From Pecten maximus (lineage: Eukaryota), in assembly GCF_902652985.1 (NCBI RefSeq), contig NC_047027.1, positions 12,028,001 through 12,092,000 of the forward strand: 64,000 nucleotides of DNA, in the 5' to 3' direction. The position numbers and the translations under genes were made by a program. The notes beneath the pieces are model-generated. The model saw only the letters and a list, made by a program, of their open reading frames with translations, had not been told where the DNA came from and did no database searches. Positions within the stretch are counted from its first letter, which is position 1, and the number at the start of each line of letters is the position of its first letter. Positions 1 through 14,001 of this stretch are shown here, in pieces.

Positions 1-3000
1 ACCGTGCTAACAAACTGGATTGAAGGAGACACGATGAGCTAAGGTTGACACCTAGACCGTGCTAACAAACTGGATTGAAGGAGGCATGATGAGCTAAGGT
101 TGACACCTAGACCGTGCTAACAAACTGGATTGAAGGAGACATGATGAGCTAAGGTTGACACCTAGACCGTGCTAACAAACTGGATTGAAGGAGACATGAT
201 CAGCTAAGGTTGACATCTAGACCGTGCTAACAAACTGGATTGAAGGAGACATGATCAGCTAAGGTTGACATCTAGACCGTGCTAACAAACTGGATTGAAG
301 GAGACATGATCAGCTAAGGTTGACACCTAGACCGTGCTAACAAACTGGATTGAAGGAGACATGAGGAGCTAAGGTTGACACCTAGACCGTGCTAACAAAC
401 TGGATTGAAGGAGGCATGATGAGCTAAGGTTGACACCTAGACCGTGCTAACAAACTGGATTGAAGGAGACATGAGGAGCTAAGGTTGACATCTAGACCGT
501 GCTAACAAACTGGATTGAAGGAGACATGATGGGCTAAGGTTGACACCTAGACCGTGCTAACAAACTGGATTGAAGGAGACATGATGAGCTAAGGTTGACA
601 TCTAGACCGTGCTAACAAACTGGATTGAAGGAGACATGATGAGCTAAGGTTGACACCTAGACCGTGCTAACAAACTGGATTGAAGGAGACATGATGAGCT
701 AAGGTTGACATCTAGACCGTGCTAACAAACTGGATTGAAGGAGACATGATGAGCTAAGGTTGACACCTAGACCGTGCTAACAAACTGGATTGAAGGAGGC
801 ATGATGAGCTAAGGTTGACATCTAGACCGTGCTAACAAACTGGATTGAAGGAGACATCATCAGCTAACGTTGACACCTAGACCGTGCTAACAAACTGGAT
901 TGAAGGAGACATGATGAGCTAAGGTTGACATCTAGACCGTGCTAACAAACTGGATTGAAGGAGACATAATCAGCTAAGGTTGACATCTAGACCGTGCTAA
1001 CAAACTGGATTGAAGGAGACATGATGAGCTAAGGTTGACACCTAGACCGTGCTAACAAACTGGATTGAAGGAGACATGATGAGCTAAGGTTGACACCTAG
1101 ACCGTGCTAACAAACTGGATTGAAGGAGACATGATGGGCTAAGGTTGACACCTAGACCGTGCTAACAAACTGGATTGAAGGAGACATGATCAGCTAAGGT
1201 TGACACCTAGACCGTGCTAACAAACTGGATTGAAGGAGACATGATCAGCTAAGGTTGACACCTAGACCGTGCTAACAAACTGGATTGAAGGAGACATGAT
1301 GAGCTAAGGTTGACACCTAGACCGTGCTAACAAACTGGATTGAAGGAGACATGATGGGCTAAGGTTGACATCTAGACCGTGCTAACAAACTGGATTGAAG
1401 GAGACATGATCAGCTAAGGTTGACACCTAGACCGTGCTAACAAACTGGATTAAAGGAGACATGATGGGCTAAGGTTGACATCTAGACCGTGCTAACAAAC
1501 TGGATTAAAGGAGACATGATGGGCTAAGGTTGACATCTAGACCGTGCTAACTAACTGGATTGAAGGAGACATGATGAGCTAAGGTTGACATCTAGACCGT
1601 GCTAACAAACTGGATTGAAGGAGACATGATGAGCTAAGGTTGACACCTAGACCGTGCTAACAAACTGGATTGAAGGAGACATGATGAGCTAAGGTTGACT
1701 CCTAGACCGTGCTAACAAACTGGATTAAAGGAGACATGATGGGCTAAGGTTGACATCTAGACCGTGCTAACAAACTGGTTTGAAGGAGACATGATGAGCT
1801 AAGGTTGACATCTAGACCGTGCTAACAAACTGGATTGAAGGAGACATGATCAGCTAAGGTTGACATCTAGACCGTGCTAACAAACTGGATTGAAGGAGAC
1901 ATGATCAGCTAAGGTTGACATCTAGACCGTGCTAACAAACTGGATTGAAGGAGACATGATCAGCTAAGGTTGACACCTAGACCGTGCTAACAAACTGGAT
2001 TGAAGGAGACATGAGGAGCTAAGGTTGACACCTAGACCGTGCTAACAAACTGGATTGAAGGAGGCATGATGAGCTAAGGTTGACACCTAGACCGTGCTAA
2101 CAAACTGGATTGAAGGAGACATGATGAGCTAAGGTTGACATCTAGACCGTGATAACAAACTGGATTGAAGGAGACATGTTCAGCTAAGGTTGACACCTAG
2201 ACCGTGCTAACAAACTGGATTGAAGGAGACATGATGAGCTAAGGTTGACATCTAGACCGTGCTAACAAACTGGATTGAAGGAGACATGATGAGCTAAGGT
2301 TGACACCTAGACCGTGCTAACAAACTGGATTGAAGGAGACATGATGAGCTAAGGTTGACATCTAGACCGTGCTAACAAACTGGATTGAAGGAGACATGAT
2401 GAGCTAAGGTTGACACCTAGACCGTGCTAACAAACTGGATTGAAGGAGGCATGATGAGCTAAGGTTGACATCTAGACCGTGCTAACAAACTGGATTGAAG
2501 GAGACATGATCAGCTAAGGTTGACACCTAGACCGTGCTAACAAACTGGATTGAAGGAGGCATGATGAGCTAAGGTTGACACCTAGACCGTGCTAACAAAC
2601 TGGATTGAAGGAGACATGATGGGCTAAGGTTGACACCATTTGGATGTGCTAACAAACTGGATTGAAGGAGACATGATGAGCTAAGGTTGACACCTAGACC
2701 GTGCTAACAAACTGGATTGAAGGAGACATGATGAGCTAAGGTTGACACCTAGACCGTGCTAACAAACTGGATTGAAGGAGACATGATGAGCTAAGGTTGA
2801 CACCTAGACCGTGCTAACAAACTGGATTGAAGGAGACATGATCAGCTAAGGTTGACATCTAGACCGTGCTAACAAACTGGATTGAAGGAGACATGATCAG
2901 CTAAGGTTGACATCTAGACCGTGCTAACAAACTGGGTTGAAGGAGACATGATGGGCTAAGGTTGACACCTAGACCGTGCTAACAAACTGGGTTGAAGGAG

Positions 3001-5710
3001 ACATGATGGGCTAAGGTTGACATCTAGACCGTGCTAACAAACTGGATTGAAGGAGACATGATCAGCTAAGGTTGACACCTAGACCGTGCTAACAAACTGG
3101 ATTGAAGGAGACATGATCAGCTAAGGTTGACACCTAGACCGTGCTAAACAAACTGGATTGAAGGAGACATGATGGGCTAAGGTTGACACCTAGACCGTGC
3201 TAAACAAACTGGATTGAAGGAGACATGATATGACGAGCTAACGTTGACACCTAGACCGTGCTAACAAACTGGATTGAAGGAGACATGATCAGCTAAGGTT
3301 GACACCTAGACCGTGCTAAACAAACTGGATTGAAGGAGACATGATCAGCTAAGGTTGACACCTAGACCGTGCTAAACAAACTGGATTGAAGGAGACATGA
3401 TATGATGAGCTAACGTTGACACCTAGACCGTGCTAAACAAACTGGATTGAAGGAGACATGATGGGCTAAGGTTGACACCTAGACCGTGCTAAACAAACTG
3501 GATTGAAGGAGACATGATATGATGAGCTAACGTTGACACCTAGACCGTGCTAACAAACTGGATTGAAGGAGACATGATCAGCTAACGTTGACACCTAGAC
3601 CGTGCTAACAAACTGGATTGAAGGAGGCATGATGGGCTAAGGTTGACACCTAGACCGTGCTAACAAACTGGATTGAAGGAGACATGATGGGCTAAGGTTG
3701 ACACCTAGACCGTGCTAACAAACTGGATTGAAGGAGACATGATGGGCTAAGGTTGACACCTAGACCGTGCTAACAAACTGGATTGAAGGAGACATGATGG
3801 GCTAAGGTTGACACCTAGACCGTGCTAACAAATTGGTTTGAAGGAGACATGATCAGCTAAGGTTGATACCTAGACCGTGCCAACAAACTGGATTGAAGGA
3901 GACATGATGAGCTAAGGTTGACATCTAGACCGTGCTAACAAACTGGATTAAAGGAGACATGATGAGCTAAGGTTGACACCTAGACCGTGCTAACAAACTG
4001 GATTGAAGGAGACATGATGAGCTAAGGTTGACACCTAGACCGTGCTAACAAACTGGATTGAAGGAGACATGATGAGCTAAGGTTGACATCTAGACCGTGC
4101 TAACAAACTGGATTGAAGGAGGCATGATCAGCTAAGGTTGACACCTAGACCGTGCTAACAAACTGGATTGAAGGAGACATGAGGAGCTAAGGTTGACACC
4201 TAGACCGTGCTAACAAACTGGATTGAAGGAGACATGATGAGCTCAGGTTGACATCTAGACCGTGCTAACAAACTGGATTGAAGGAGACATGATCAGCTAA
4301 GGTTGACATCTAGACCGTGCTAACAAACTGGATTGAAGGAGACATGAGGAGCTAAGGTTGACACCTAGACCGTGCTAACAAACTGGGTTGAAGGAGACAT
4401 GATGGGCTAAGGTTGACATCTAGACCGTGCTAACAAACTGGATTGAAGGAGACATGATCAGCTAAGGTTGACACCTAGACCGTGCTAAACAAACTGGATT
4501 GAAGGAGACATGATGGGCTAAGGTTGACACCTAGACCGTGCTAACAAACTGGATTGAAGGAGACATGATGAGCTAAGGTTGACACCTAGACCGTGCTAAC
4601 AAACTGGATTGAAGGAGACATGATGGGCTAAGGTTGACACCTAGACCGTGCTAACAAACTGGATTGAAGGAGACATGATCAGCTAAGGTTGACACCTAGA
4701 CCGTGCTAACAAACTGGATTGAAGGAGACATGATCAGCTAAGGTTGACATCTAGACCGTGCTAACAAACTGGGTTGAAGGAGGCATGATGAGCTAAGGTT
4801 GTCACTTAAACCGTGCTAACAAACTGGATTGAAGGAGACATGATCAGCTAAGGTTGACACCTAGACCGTGCTAAACAAACTGGGTTGAAGGAGACATGAT
4901 GAGCTAACGTTGACACCTAGACCGTGCTAACAAACTGGATTGAAGGAGACATGATCAGCTAAGGTTGTCACTTAAACCGTGCTAACAAACTGGATTGAAG
5001 GAGACATGATCAGCTAAGGTTGACACCTAGACCGTGCTAACAAACTGGATTGAAGGAGACATGATGAGCTAAGGTTGACACCTAGACCGTGCTAACAAAC
5101 TGGGTTGAAGGAGGCATGATGAGCTAAGGTTGACATCTAGACCGTGCTAACAAACTGGGTTGAAGGAGACATGATGAGCTAAGGTTGATAACTAGACCGT
5201 GCTAACAAACTGGATTGAAGGAGACATGATCAGCTAAGGTTGACATCTAGACCGTGCTAACAAACTGGATTGAAGGAGGCATGATGAGCTAAGGTTGACA
5301 CCTAGACCGTGCTAACAAACTGGATTGAAGGATACATGATGAGCTAAGGTTGACATCTAGACCGTGCTAACAAACTGGATTGAAGGAGACATGATCAGCT
5401 AAGGTTGACACCTAGACCGTGGTAACAAACTGGATTGAAGGAGACATGATCAGCTAAGGTTGACACCTAGACCGTGCTAACAAACTGGATTGAAGGAGGC
5501 ATGATGAGCTAAGGTTGTCACTTAAACCGTGCTAACAAACTGGGTTGAAGGAGACATGATCAGCTAAGGTTGACATCTAGACCGTGCTAACAAACTGGGT
5601 TGAAGGAGGCATGATGAGCTAAGGTTGTCACTTAAACCGTGCTAACAAACTGGATTGAAGGAGACATGATCAGCTAAGGTTGACATCTAGACCGTGCTAA
5701 ACAAACTGGA
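1..5710. repeat. 55-bp tandem satellite, about 104 copies, running off the left edge of the window
   Basis: Unit ACCGTGCTAACAAACTGGATTGAAGGAGACATGATGAGCTAAGGTTGACACCTAG recurs at 1, 56, 111 and onward, with few variant sites (gag/cag/ggg, cc/tc). There are no unique spacers. Confidence 0.98.
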
Positions 5711-6291
5711 GTGGACCTTTCTGTTGAGTACAGGTAGCAAATGACCAGGTGTAACTGGGGATAAGATCGATGGTCCTGGTAATCTACTAATAGTTGCTTT
5801 TTGTTGTAGTAACCTATTTACCCTTTGACTATTACGATACTAATTTTCTAAATATAAATGATGTTTTACAACTGATAATTTGCGCTAGCATGTAACCTGT
5901 TACCAAATCGAAATCCACATTTCTTATTTCTCTGAATCAATATTCAATTGCCGTTTGTCGCTATATCAATTGAAGTCTTTTTGAAAGTCAGTCATTGACG
6001 TACATTGAGTGAAGAAAATGTGATAAACTTTCCCCAAGTATTAGGCCCCGTGAACATAGACAAAAACGATACATCAGAATTGTACCTAACACGGGATTTT
6101 AAATCTCATAAAGAATAAAGAATTCAAAATACTGAATTCTTTTCCTCTGACTCCACCAGCAAAAAAGTTTCAAAAGTCTGTTTCTATTTACATTATAGAA
6201 GACTTTAAACGTATTTAATGTTAAATAGCATTAACTCTAACATCAGATTTCGTATAGAGCAAGACATGACCCAACTACCTAAGTACAAATT

Positions 6292-6810
6292 TAGGTTTGG
6301 TTTGATCTATCATTGTTTAACGTCCTATCAACAGCTTATTCAAGGACGGCCTCCCGTGTTTGCGATATGCATGCGTGTGTGTGAGTGCGTATTTGTGTTT
6401 TTGGGAGGCTGCGGTATGTTCGTGTCAAATCTGCGTATGAGAGTCCGGAACGTTTGCATTTATAGTGTTACCTCACTGAAGCATACTGCCGAAAACACCC
6501 AGCAGGACACCCCACCCAGTCTGACAACGGGCAAACCAGTCGTCCCACTCCCAAAATACAATGTACAGAGCGCTAAGCAGAAGTATGAACTACAATGTTT
6601 AAAAATTCTAGTATGTCTCGACCAGGGATGGATCACAAAGCCTTCTTTACAGTGGTGAACGTGTAACTTAAGGCTAAGTCAGTCACTGTCAAAGAAGACA
6701 TTAGGAAGAAGAAAGCTGTGAAAAAAGAAAAGATGATATACCAAATTTAGTCGCCTTTTACTATCATGCAATGTGACTAGTATGTATAATTCTTACGTCC
6801 TACCTGGTAA
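6292..6810 (-). mobile_element. SINE, degenerate copy (Meta/MESC-like core)
   Basis: Colinear with 6865-7365. Shared segments include CCTCACTGAAGCATACTGCCG, CCAGTCGTCCCACTCC and GACATTAGGAAGAAGAAAG, plus the reverse complement of the AAACCAAACC tail. Confidence 0.7.
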
Positions 6811-6863
6811 TCAGAACTGAGGAGGCTAGTTTACGTAACTGTAATCACGGGCCCAGCATTCCG

Positions 6864-7365
6864 TTTGGTTTGGTTTTATTTGTTTGACGCCCTATTAACA
6901 GCTAAGTTTATTTAAGGACGCCCTCTCGTGTTTGCGATATGCATGCGTGTGGTGAGTGCGTATGTGTGTTTTGGGAGGCTGCGGTATGTACGTGTTATGT
7001 CTCATTGTGATAGGCCGGAACTTTTGCCGATTTATAGTGCTACCTCACTGAAGCATACTGCCGAAGACACCCAACAGGACACTCCTACCGGTTACATTAT
7101 ACTGACAACGGGCCAACCAGTCGTCCCACTCCAAAAATGCTGTGCGCTAAGCAGGAGTAGCAACTACCATTTTTAAAGACTCAGGTATGTCTTGGCCAGG
7201 GGCGAACGCTCAACTTAAGACCAAAAGTGAGGCATTGTCAAGGGAGACATTAGGAAGAAGAAAGTTGTTCAGAAAGAAGAGAAAAGATCAGATCCAAAAT
7301 TTATTCTCCTCTTACGATCATGCAATGGGGGCAGCAGGTACAATTCTTACGCCCTACCCGCAGGG
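6864..7365 (-). mobile_element. SINE (Meta/MESC-like core, AAACC tail)
   Basis: The minus strand reads ...AAAAATGGTAGTTGCTACTCCTGCTTAGCGC...GACTGGTTGGCCCGTTGTCAGTATAATGT...CTTCAGTGAGGTAGCACTATAAA... and ends in AAACCAAACCAAAC. This resembles the mollusc MESC/Meta SINE core, and the same tail occurs at 21450-21488. Confidence 0.72.
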
Positions 7366-7907
7366 AATCCAGCATTCCCACCAGTGTCGACCAGCTCGTA
7401 TTACAACCCGCAATAGACATTCCACGGTGTGATTTTAACTGAATATCTTTCACTCTGACACCCCTAGAGACGGGATAGTCCGTTACACCTAGCGGTATCG
7501 ACGTGAAGCGTCTTCTCTTATTTTTGCAGGAGGATGCGAAAATTATTCACAAAGAATATAGATTTCCACAGAGGTGCTTGAAAATATACGATGTAGAATA
7601 AGACCAGGTGTCTGACTGAGTGAGCGTCGTTTGCATCATCGACGACATCCACAGTACAAAAATTGTTGAAATATGAGTAAAGTCACATTCTCAAAAGCCT
7701 AAGTGAATCCTTAATCCAAATGTATATTATTACCTAAACAGAATATCTATATATCATATTGATAATGCCATAACCTGTACGCATGTGCAAGCCTTGATAA
7801 TTGATAAATTCGACAAAAGAAAGATTATTGAAAGGGTTTTAAAAAGACATAAAATTATAGCATCTAGAAACAAATACTTCAAATAAACGTTAAAGGAGAA
7901 ATGTTGT

Positions 7908-7911
<4 letters not shown>

Positions 7912-7978
<67 letters not shown>
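7912..7978. repeat. compound microsatellite (CT)n(CA)n
   Basis: Directly visible in the sequence. Confidence 0.97.
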
Positions 7979-9639
7979 CACTATCTGGTACTTCAACGCT
8001 TTTTTCTGTTATCTACGTGGTTATGATTTTAGTAATCGGAATAGCAAAAAAATAAATAAATAACGTTCGCAACGATTAAGTACAACAAGCGAATGTCATA
8101 CATGTAACTTACCTTCGTTCAGCATATTCTTAACTGGACATCCTTGCGGATAACTCTGAACTATGGAAGACGAACTTTGATGAATAAATTGTTGATGAAT
8201 ATCCCAATATTAATTGCCATGTAGAGTATTATCGAACTATTCCAACAACCTTTGCACCAGGCAAATGACTGTATTTAGTGAGATCAGCTGAACACTTCCA
8301 TTATGTGAATTATTTACCAAACAAGTTAACCTTGGCGCCAGGAACGCTATTTACCTCAAAATAGGTTTCAAATTATGATTGACTGCTAGAACAGACGAAA
8401 TATCAATTACGAACTCGTAGTTTGTTCACTGTGTCACCTACATGTCAATACATCATTAACGTAATGCCTAATTGACATGTGCTCCTGGGGCTGAAATCAT
8501 CTTCCCTTGATCCACTGAGACTCGGCTTTTATATGTAGACAACCCCTGTTCATGTATTATATATCAGACTTGAGTAGCATGTCATCAGGATCCCATACCT
8601 GAGTACTACTAAATATCGTCTATCATTTTCTAACAAAATATACTAAAAACGGGAGGCCAAGCGCCTGTCGTCCCTCTGTTATTTAGATTAATTTAGAAAA
8701 ACACCATTTCAATGTAAAGTTGATAAAGTCTGTCCTTGTTGCTGTTTTAAATGACGTCCGTATACCGTAACTAGGCGGGGTGTCCAGGAATGACATTTCA
8801 GTATAATTGCACTTTAAATATGTCGGCCCATTACCTGTTTATAAGGCGAACCCCTCTTGAAATAACCTGTACGTGATGATAGGACCAATACTAAACCTGT
8901 CCTGTAGGTTTAGAGTAAAAATTGTAACTGTTCCCTGATTGCACGATTCCTCAGTAGTAAGTAACTGGATATGATATATTGCCGCATTGTCATTTAGCAG
9001 ACGGTTCTTAAGGTGATAATTCCATCCTTGTAAAAGTGCTTAGGACTGTTGGATCCTGACAAAAATGTTTAGCTCCGAAGTCCGACCTCGTAATTTGCCT
9101 CACTTTGGCCTTAAACTTAATTCAGTACGACCTTAATTCTTCCTTGTCTGGAAAGATTTGGCCCCCTGGAAAGGATATGCCGATGTTTCTACATTTGTAT
9201 ATGGGTTGTTCTCTGATTGACGTTAAATGTTGTTAAGAATTAGTTGTCAGTATAATGCGACCGAATTCCCGTGTTCAGGTGCGGTATTTCAAATTTGAAG
9301 GTATAAAACATTATGGGAACCTTTTTAGTCGAAGGTCAAGGTCAGAGCATAGCAGCGACAATTTCGAAAAGTTGTATTCCGGCTCTTACGAAGTGAAACG
9401 ACAACGACATAAATTATACAATTGTAACGTGCACCTGGTCCGTCCCAAGTGTCTCCTGGGATAAGCTGTGCTTTTAGCGCACTTGACTAATGTACTCTCA
9501 ATCGGAATATAATCGGGAATATTTACAAATGATTAATCTATAGGTGACATATAAGAACAGATAAAACGGGCGTGCTGCTTGCCACGGAACCTCTTAAACT
9601 ACAAAACAAACATAACTATAGTAGGCACCGACGCCCACA

Positions 9640-9956
9640 AATACCTAACGTATGTGCTCTCGCCATGCACTGGTACGAGCCGTGGCTGTCGTGCGCGCCG
9701 GCAATGACCAATCAAACACGCCGGCTACCTCGGGAACCGGCAATGCCAGATCAAGCACGCCTATTACTTGCACAGCGCACCGGCTACCTGCGCACCAGCT
9801 TATGAAGCGCAGTAGTAATGCAAGTGCTCCCAGTGTCTACCTTGCGCACTGGCTTATCCAGCCCTGCGCAACAGCAATTCAATTGCTCCCGGCACTGGAA
9901 CCTCGCAGTGGCTTCCTTACGCACCAGCTTCCTTCAGCGCACCAACCATACAATTG
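9640..9956. repeat. degenerate GC-rich tandem repeat, left part of the transposon target; continues at 16865-16980
   Basis: The motifs CAA(G/T)TGCTCCC(GG)CACTG(G/T)AACCT and GCACCAGCTT recur on both sides of the transposon. Confidence 0.65.
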
Positions 9957-10086
9957 TGGGATCGCCAGATTTTGATTGACAGATCAGTTCGACCAATCGC
10001 GTGACGCGTTACAAATAACTTCGGCGACACATGAAACCGCCGCCATTTTGCCCGTCACTGTCGGACTTTTCTGAAGTGTCACAACA

Positions 10087-13000
10087 ATGGTGAAAAGATG
10101 CTGCTGGGGTACCTGTAACACGGACAGCAGGTTCCCCGACCGTCTGGAAGGTGGGGTGACATTTATACCCTTTCCTAAACCCGGCAGGAGTTTGGAAAAA
10201 TGCAAAGAATGGATAAGACTGTGTGGCAGACCACAATCACAACTGAACGAAGAAATCTTGCGTGAGCGTAGTAAAGCCAAACACCTGTTTGTCTGTTCTA
10301 AGGTAATATTGATATTTCAATGTCATATCCTCTTTATATAAATGATAATGTAGTAACTACTTTAGATGACTGCCATGCTCACAGAAATAGGTCGTATGTA
10401 GCGTATGCGTACATGTGTGTGTGTGGGGGGGGGGGGGGGGGGGGGGGGGGGGGATGTACGATACCATACGAATTGTAAAGTATTTCTACCGAGTGTTTGA
10501 ACATGTTTAGCACAGTGCATGTTTCTATAAGAAAAAATCAGCCACAGGGACATGCGTACGCTTGAATCACAAGGACATGTCTAGTCCTTATATACAGCAT
10601 AGGTAATTCTGACTATTTTTTAATATTAATAGCTGTTGTTTACATTTTATGACTGTATATATATATATATCCTATTTAAAGATTTATTTTAAAGGCTAAA
10701 GCAGTTCAGCTCTATGATTTAATAACAACTAACTCTGGCATGAATTCATTTCAATAACAGAAATATTTGTCAGACATACCGGCACTTGTCCAATCTATAG
10801 ATCTATCAAAATGAATTACTTTTAGATGGATATGACACCTGAGACAGCATACATGTATTTAAAAAAAAAAAAAAACAGTAAATGAAATAAAATCCCTCTC
10901 TGCATGCACCTTACACATATAGTACCACAAAAATATAACTATTTATTATAATATATTATACTATTTTAATAAAATGACTTTTACGCGTGCCTTTACTGGG
11001 AATCAAATTTTGTATTTTTTTTTTCATTTACAGTATCTTCATTTTCTTATTGTAGCATTTTGTTGATGGGAAGCCATCCGATTTGTATCCAAATCCAAGG
11101 TCTGCACTTCCCTATGACAGGATAACACCAAGCAGAAAGAGACCAATGCCAAGACCTGATTTGACAAAAAGTACCAAACGAAAAATTCTGGATATCGTGG
11201 ACGAAAACGATAAGTTAGTAATGTTGATTATTTCTATTTAAAAAAAAAATTAAAACACATACATTTATAAACATAGTTATTTCTACATTCTTTTGTATCA
11301 AAACAATTATACAGATCAGGCCTTAATTGAAAAATTGTTTGTTTTTTTTTTTTTTTTCAAATCTGAGCTATGTTTTTTTCAATGGGTAGGTAAAAAAAAA
11401 ATTTGTATATGGTTCAGGGCCCACATGAGGCATTTTGGCAGGTAGTGTTAAAACACAATATTTGAATTTCACCTTAGTCTGGGTGGGAAAATGGAACAAA
11501 CCTGGCACATCCTCAAATGAACCTAGCTGTTAGTTAATAGGACATGGTACATATATAACAAAATCAAAATATTGACACTTCCACACACTTTGGAGACACT
11601 CTGGACAAGGTGATTCATTTTAATATGTTGCTATGAATTCAACACAATATGTAACTCCAAATAAAAACAAATACTTGTATTTAATATCTTTATTTTGATT
11701 ACAGCATCGAAATGGAGAGCATTGTGGTGCCATCTGAAGTGCAATTAGACATGCAGAAAGATGACAATTTGCTTATGAAAGGTAACTGTTTACAATACCC
11801 CATATTTTACTTTGCAAAATAGGGTTTGAAATGGTCAACATAAAAATGGGTAAGTTTTTCCACCAGAGTTTTCATGGTTTCCTTATGTGGAAGGATTCTG
11901 TCAATGTTGAAGTCCTGTTTTGTGTAAGTTACAAAGTCACAAAATTGGGCACCTGTGACCAAAAGCTGCCCTTGCACTTGGAACCAGTGCATATGCATAT
12001 TAGATAATTCATATTTCCCTCCATTTTTTTCTAAGAAGAATTTGTTGCTGTTGGTACATGCATCTTCAATTGTCATGTCTCTCACAGAATATGGGCACTT
12101 GATTTCAACTAATCCAGTAACCATTTTGTCACAGACAATTGCATCTGGGGTAGCTCCTATAAAGGGTAGCTTGGGGTTTATCACAAGGCCAATATCATGG
12201 ATATGGTTGCCACTTTGTTTGATGTACATTTGTTTGGCTATTAGTTCATTTGCCTTTCCATAAGATGTTGGAGCTGATGTAAAACTTCGCTCCTGAAAAG
12301 TGCTCATGAAAGCATCATTAATAATTTTTTTTCGAAGCATTATCCTACCAAAGTTTGATGCAGTGATTCTTTTCTTTCTCTCTGTGAACCACAGTTGTGT
12401 ATCTGACTGAGAGCGAGTTGACTTTTCAATATCCTGTGCCTCTGTTTGGGTTAATGATACATCCCCCCATTCTGGTGTTGGTGCTGGTGCATCAATACAG
12501 CTGGGTAGCTCCTTAGGAAATGCTATATCTCCACATTTGTCAGAATTTACCTCCCTTGGTTGAGTGACAGGTTGTATAAGGGGAGCCTGAAATTATAAGG
12601 GAAGTCTGCCTGATATTATACAAACTAAAATTAATGTGATCATCACAACACAAATATGTTAAATTGAATAATAAATTAATAATATTATGGATGATACAAG
12701 TATTTCATTGAAATAAGAGAAGATACACTGTAATTAAATCAATAATTTAAAGAAAATACTTTTAATTTTTGTCGTTTGATGTATATTATCCTCTCTTATC
12801 TTTGATTGAACAGTTGTTATCTGTGTAATATTTGCTATATGTACATAGCAAAAATTGCTATTAGTTTGTGTTTGTATTTTAAACAGATATTTCCTATTTT
12901 CCAGAAACACAACCTTTAGACCTACTGGCTCTGGCTGCTGAAAACAGAAGATTAGACCAGGAGCATGCCAAACTTATATCAAACAACGCACGTTTAAGTG

Positions 13001-14001
13001 AAGGTTATTCCAAAATGATACTTCAATATGAACAGTTATGTCGAAAGACAACTTCCCATGAGGTACAGGGGGATTCCAAGGCCATGTTCAGCTGTAATAA
13101 TTTGAAACCATCAGATTACCAGTACTACACCGGATTTTCCAGTGACAGATTTCACAATTTGGTCAAGTTTTTTATCCCATCAGAAGAAGAGCCATTTACA
13201 TTTACAAAAACAGTGAGTGGAACAAAAAATATTTCTTTGGAAGACCAGCTTCTTCTTGTGCTGATGAAGTTACGACAAAATTTTGATTTTGTACATTTAA
13301 GTAACCTATTCATGTTTTCTTCTCAGGCTTGCAGCACAATATTTTCCAATTGGATTAATTACATGTTTTTCAAACTTGGTTCACTTGTGATTTGGCCCAA
13401 AAGAGAGGAGATAGTGAGGAATATGCCATCGAAGTACAAAGAGGATTTCCCTGACACGATTGTTATCATCGATGGAACAGAACTCAAAATTCAAAAACCA
13501 AGTGCATTAAATCGACAGAGTCAGTGCTACTCGGACTATAAATCCTGTACTACCTTGAAAGCTCTAGTTGGTGTTGATCCCAGAGGATCGGTTATCTTTG
13601 CCTCAATGCTTTTTTCTGGATCTATTTCGGATAAAGTTTTAACCAAAGAAAGTGGTTTTCTTAACCTTCTGACAGACCTCATTGAGCAACAGAAAATAAA
13701 CAGAGGGGATGGTATCATGGCTGACAAGGGTTTCCTTATTGAGGATGAACTGAAGGAACTTGGACTCAAGTTAAATATTCCACCATTTGCTTCAAGTGGA
13801 GCACAGATGAAGCCAGGGGATGTTTCAAAAACTATAAAAATTGCAAAACACAGAGTTCATGTGGAAAGAGCTATTGCACGTATCAAGCAATTTAAAATTT
13901 TGTCTGACAAAATAAGCCTATCTTTATTTGGCTGTATAAACCAAGTTTGGTTAGTTTGTAGTTTGTTGACAAACTTCATGCCATATTTAATACAAGACTG
14001 A
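10087..14001 (+). CDS. THAP-domain DDE transposase (Harbinger/ISL2EU type), 4 exons, 515 aa
   Basis: Exons 10087-10302, 11056-11213, 11705-11781 and 12905-14001. All introns are GT-AG, phases 0/2/1 join in frame, total 1548 nt. The THAP motif C-x4-C...FP...W...VCSK|HF is completed across intron 1. An HTH-like segment LEDQLLLVLMKLRQN follows. Catalytic motifs are IIDGTE, MADKGF and RVHVERAI. Confidence 0.92.
10414..10453. repeat. (GT)n followed by a ~30-nt poly-G tract in transposase intron 1
   Basis: Directly visible in the sequence. Confidence 0.9.

Noticed and set aside
1-5710. CRISPR-like array or repetitive coding exon
   Set aside because: The units are contiguous with no unique spacers, there are no cas genes, the context is eukaryotic, the period is not a multiple of 3 and no long ORF is present.
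6218-7432. ORFs of 146, 82 and 81 aa with mutual similarity
   Set aside because: They are antisense readings of two SINE copies.
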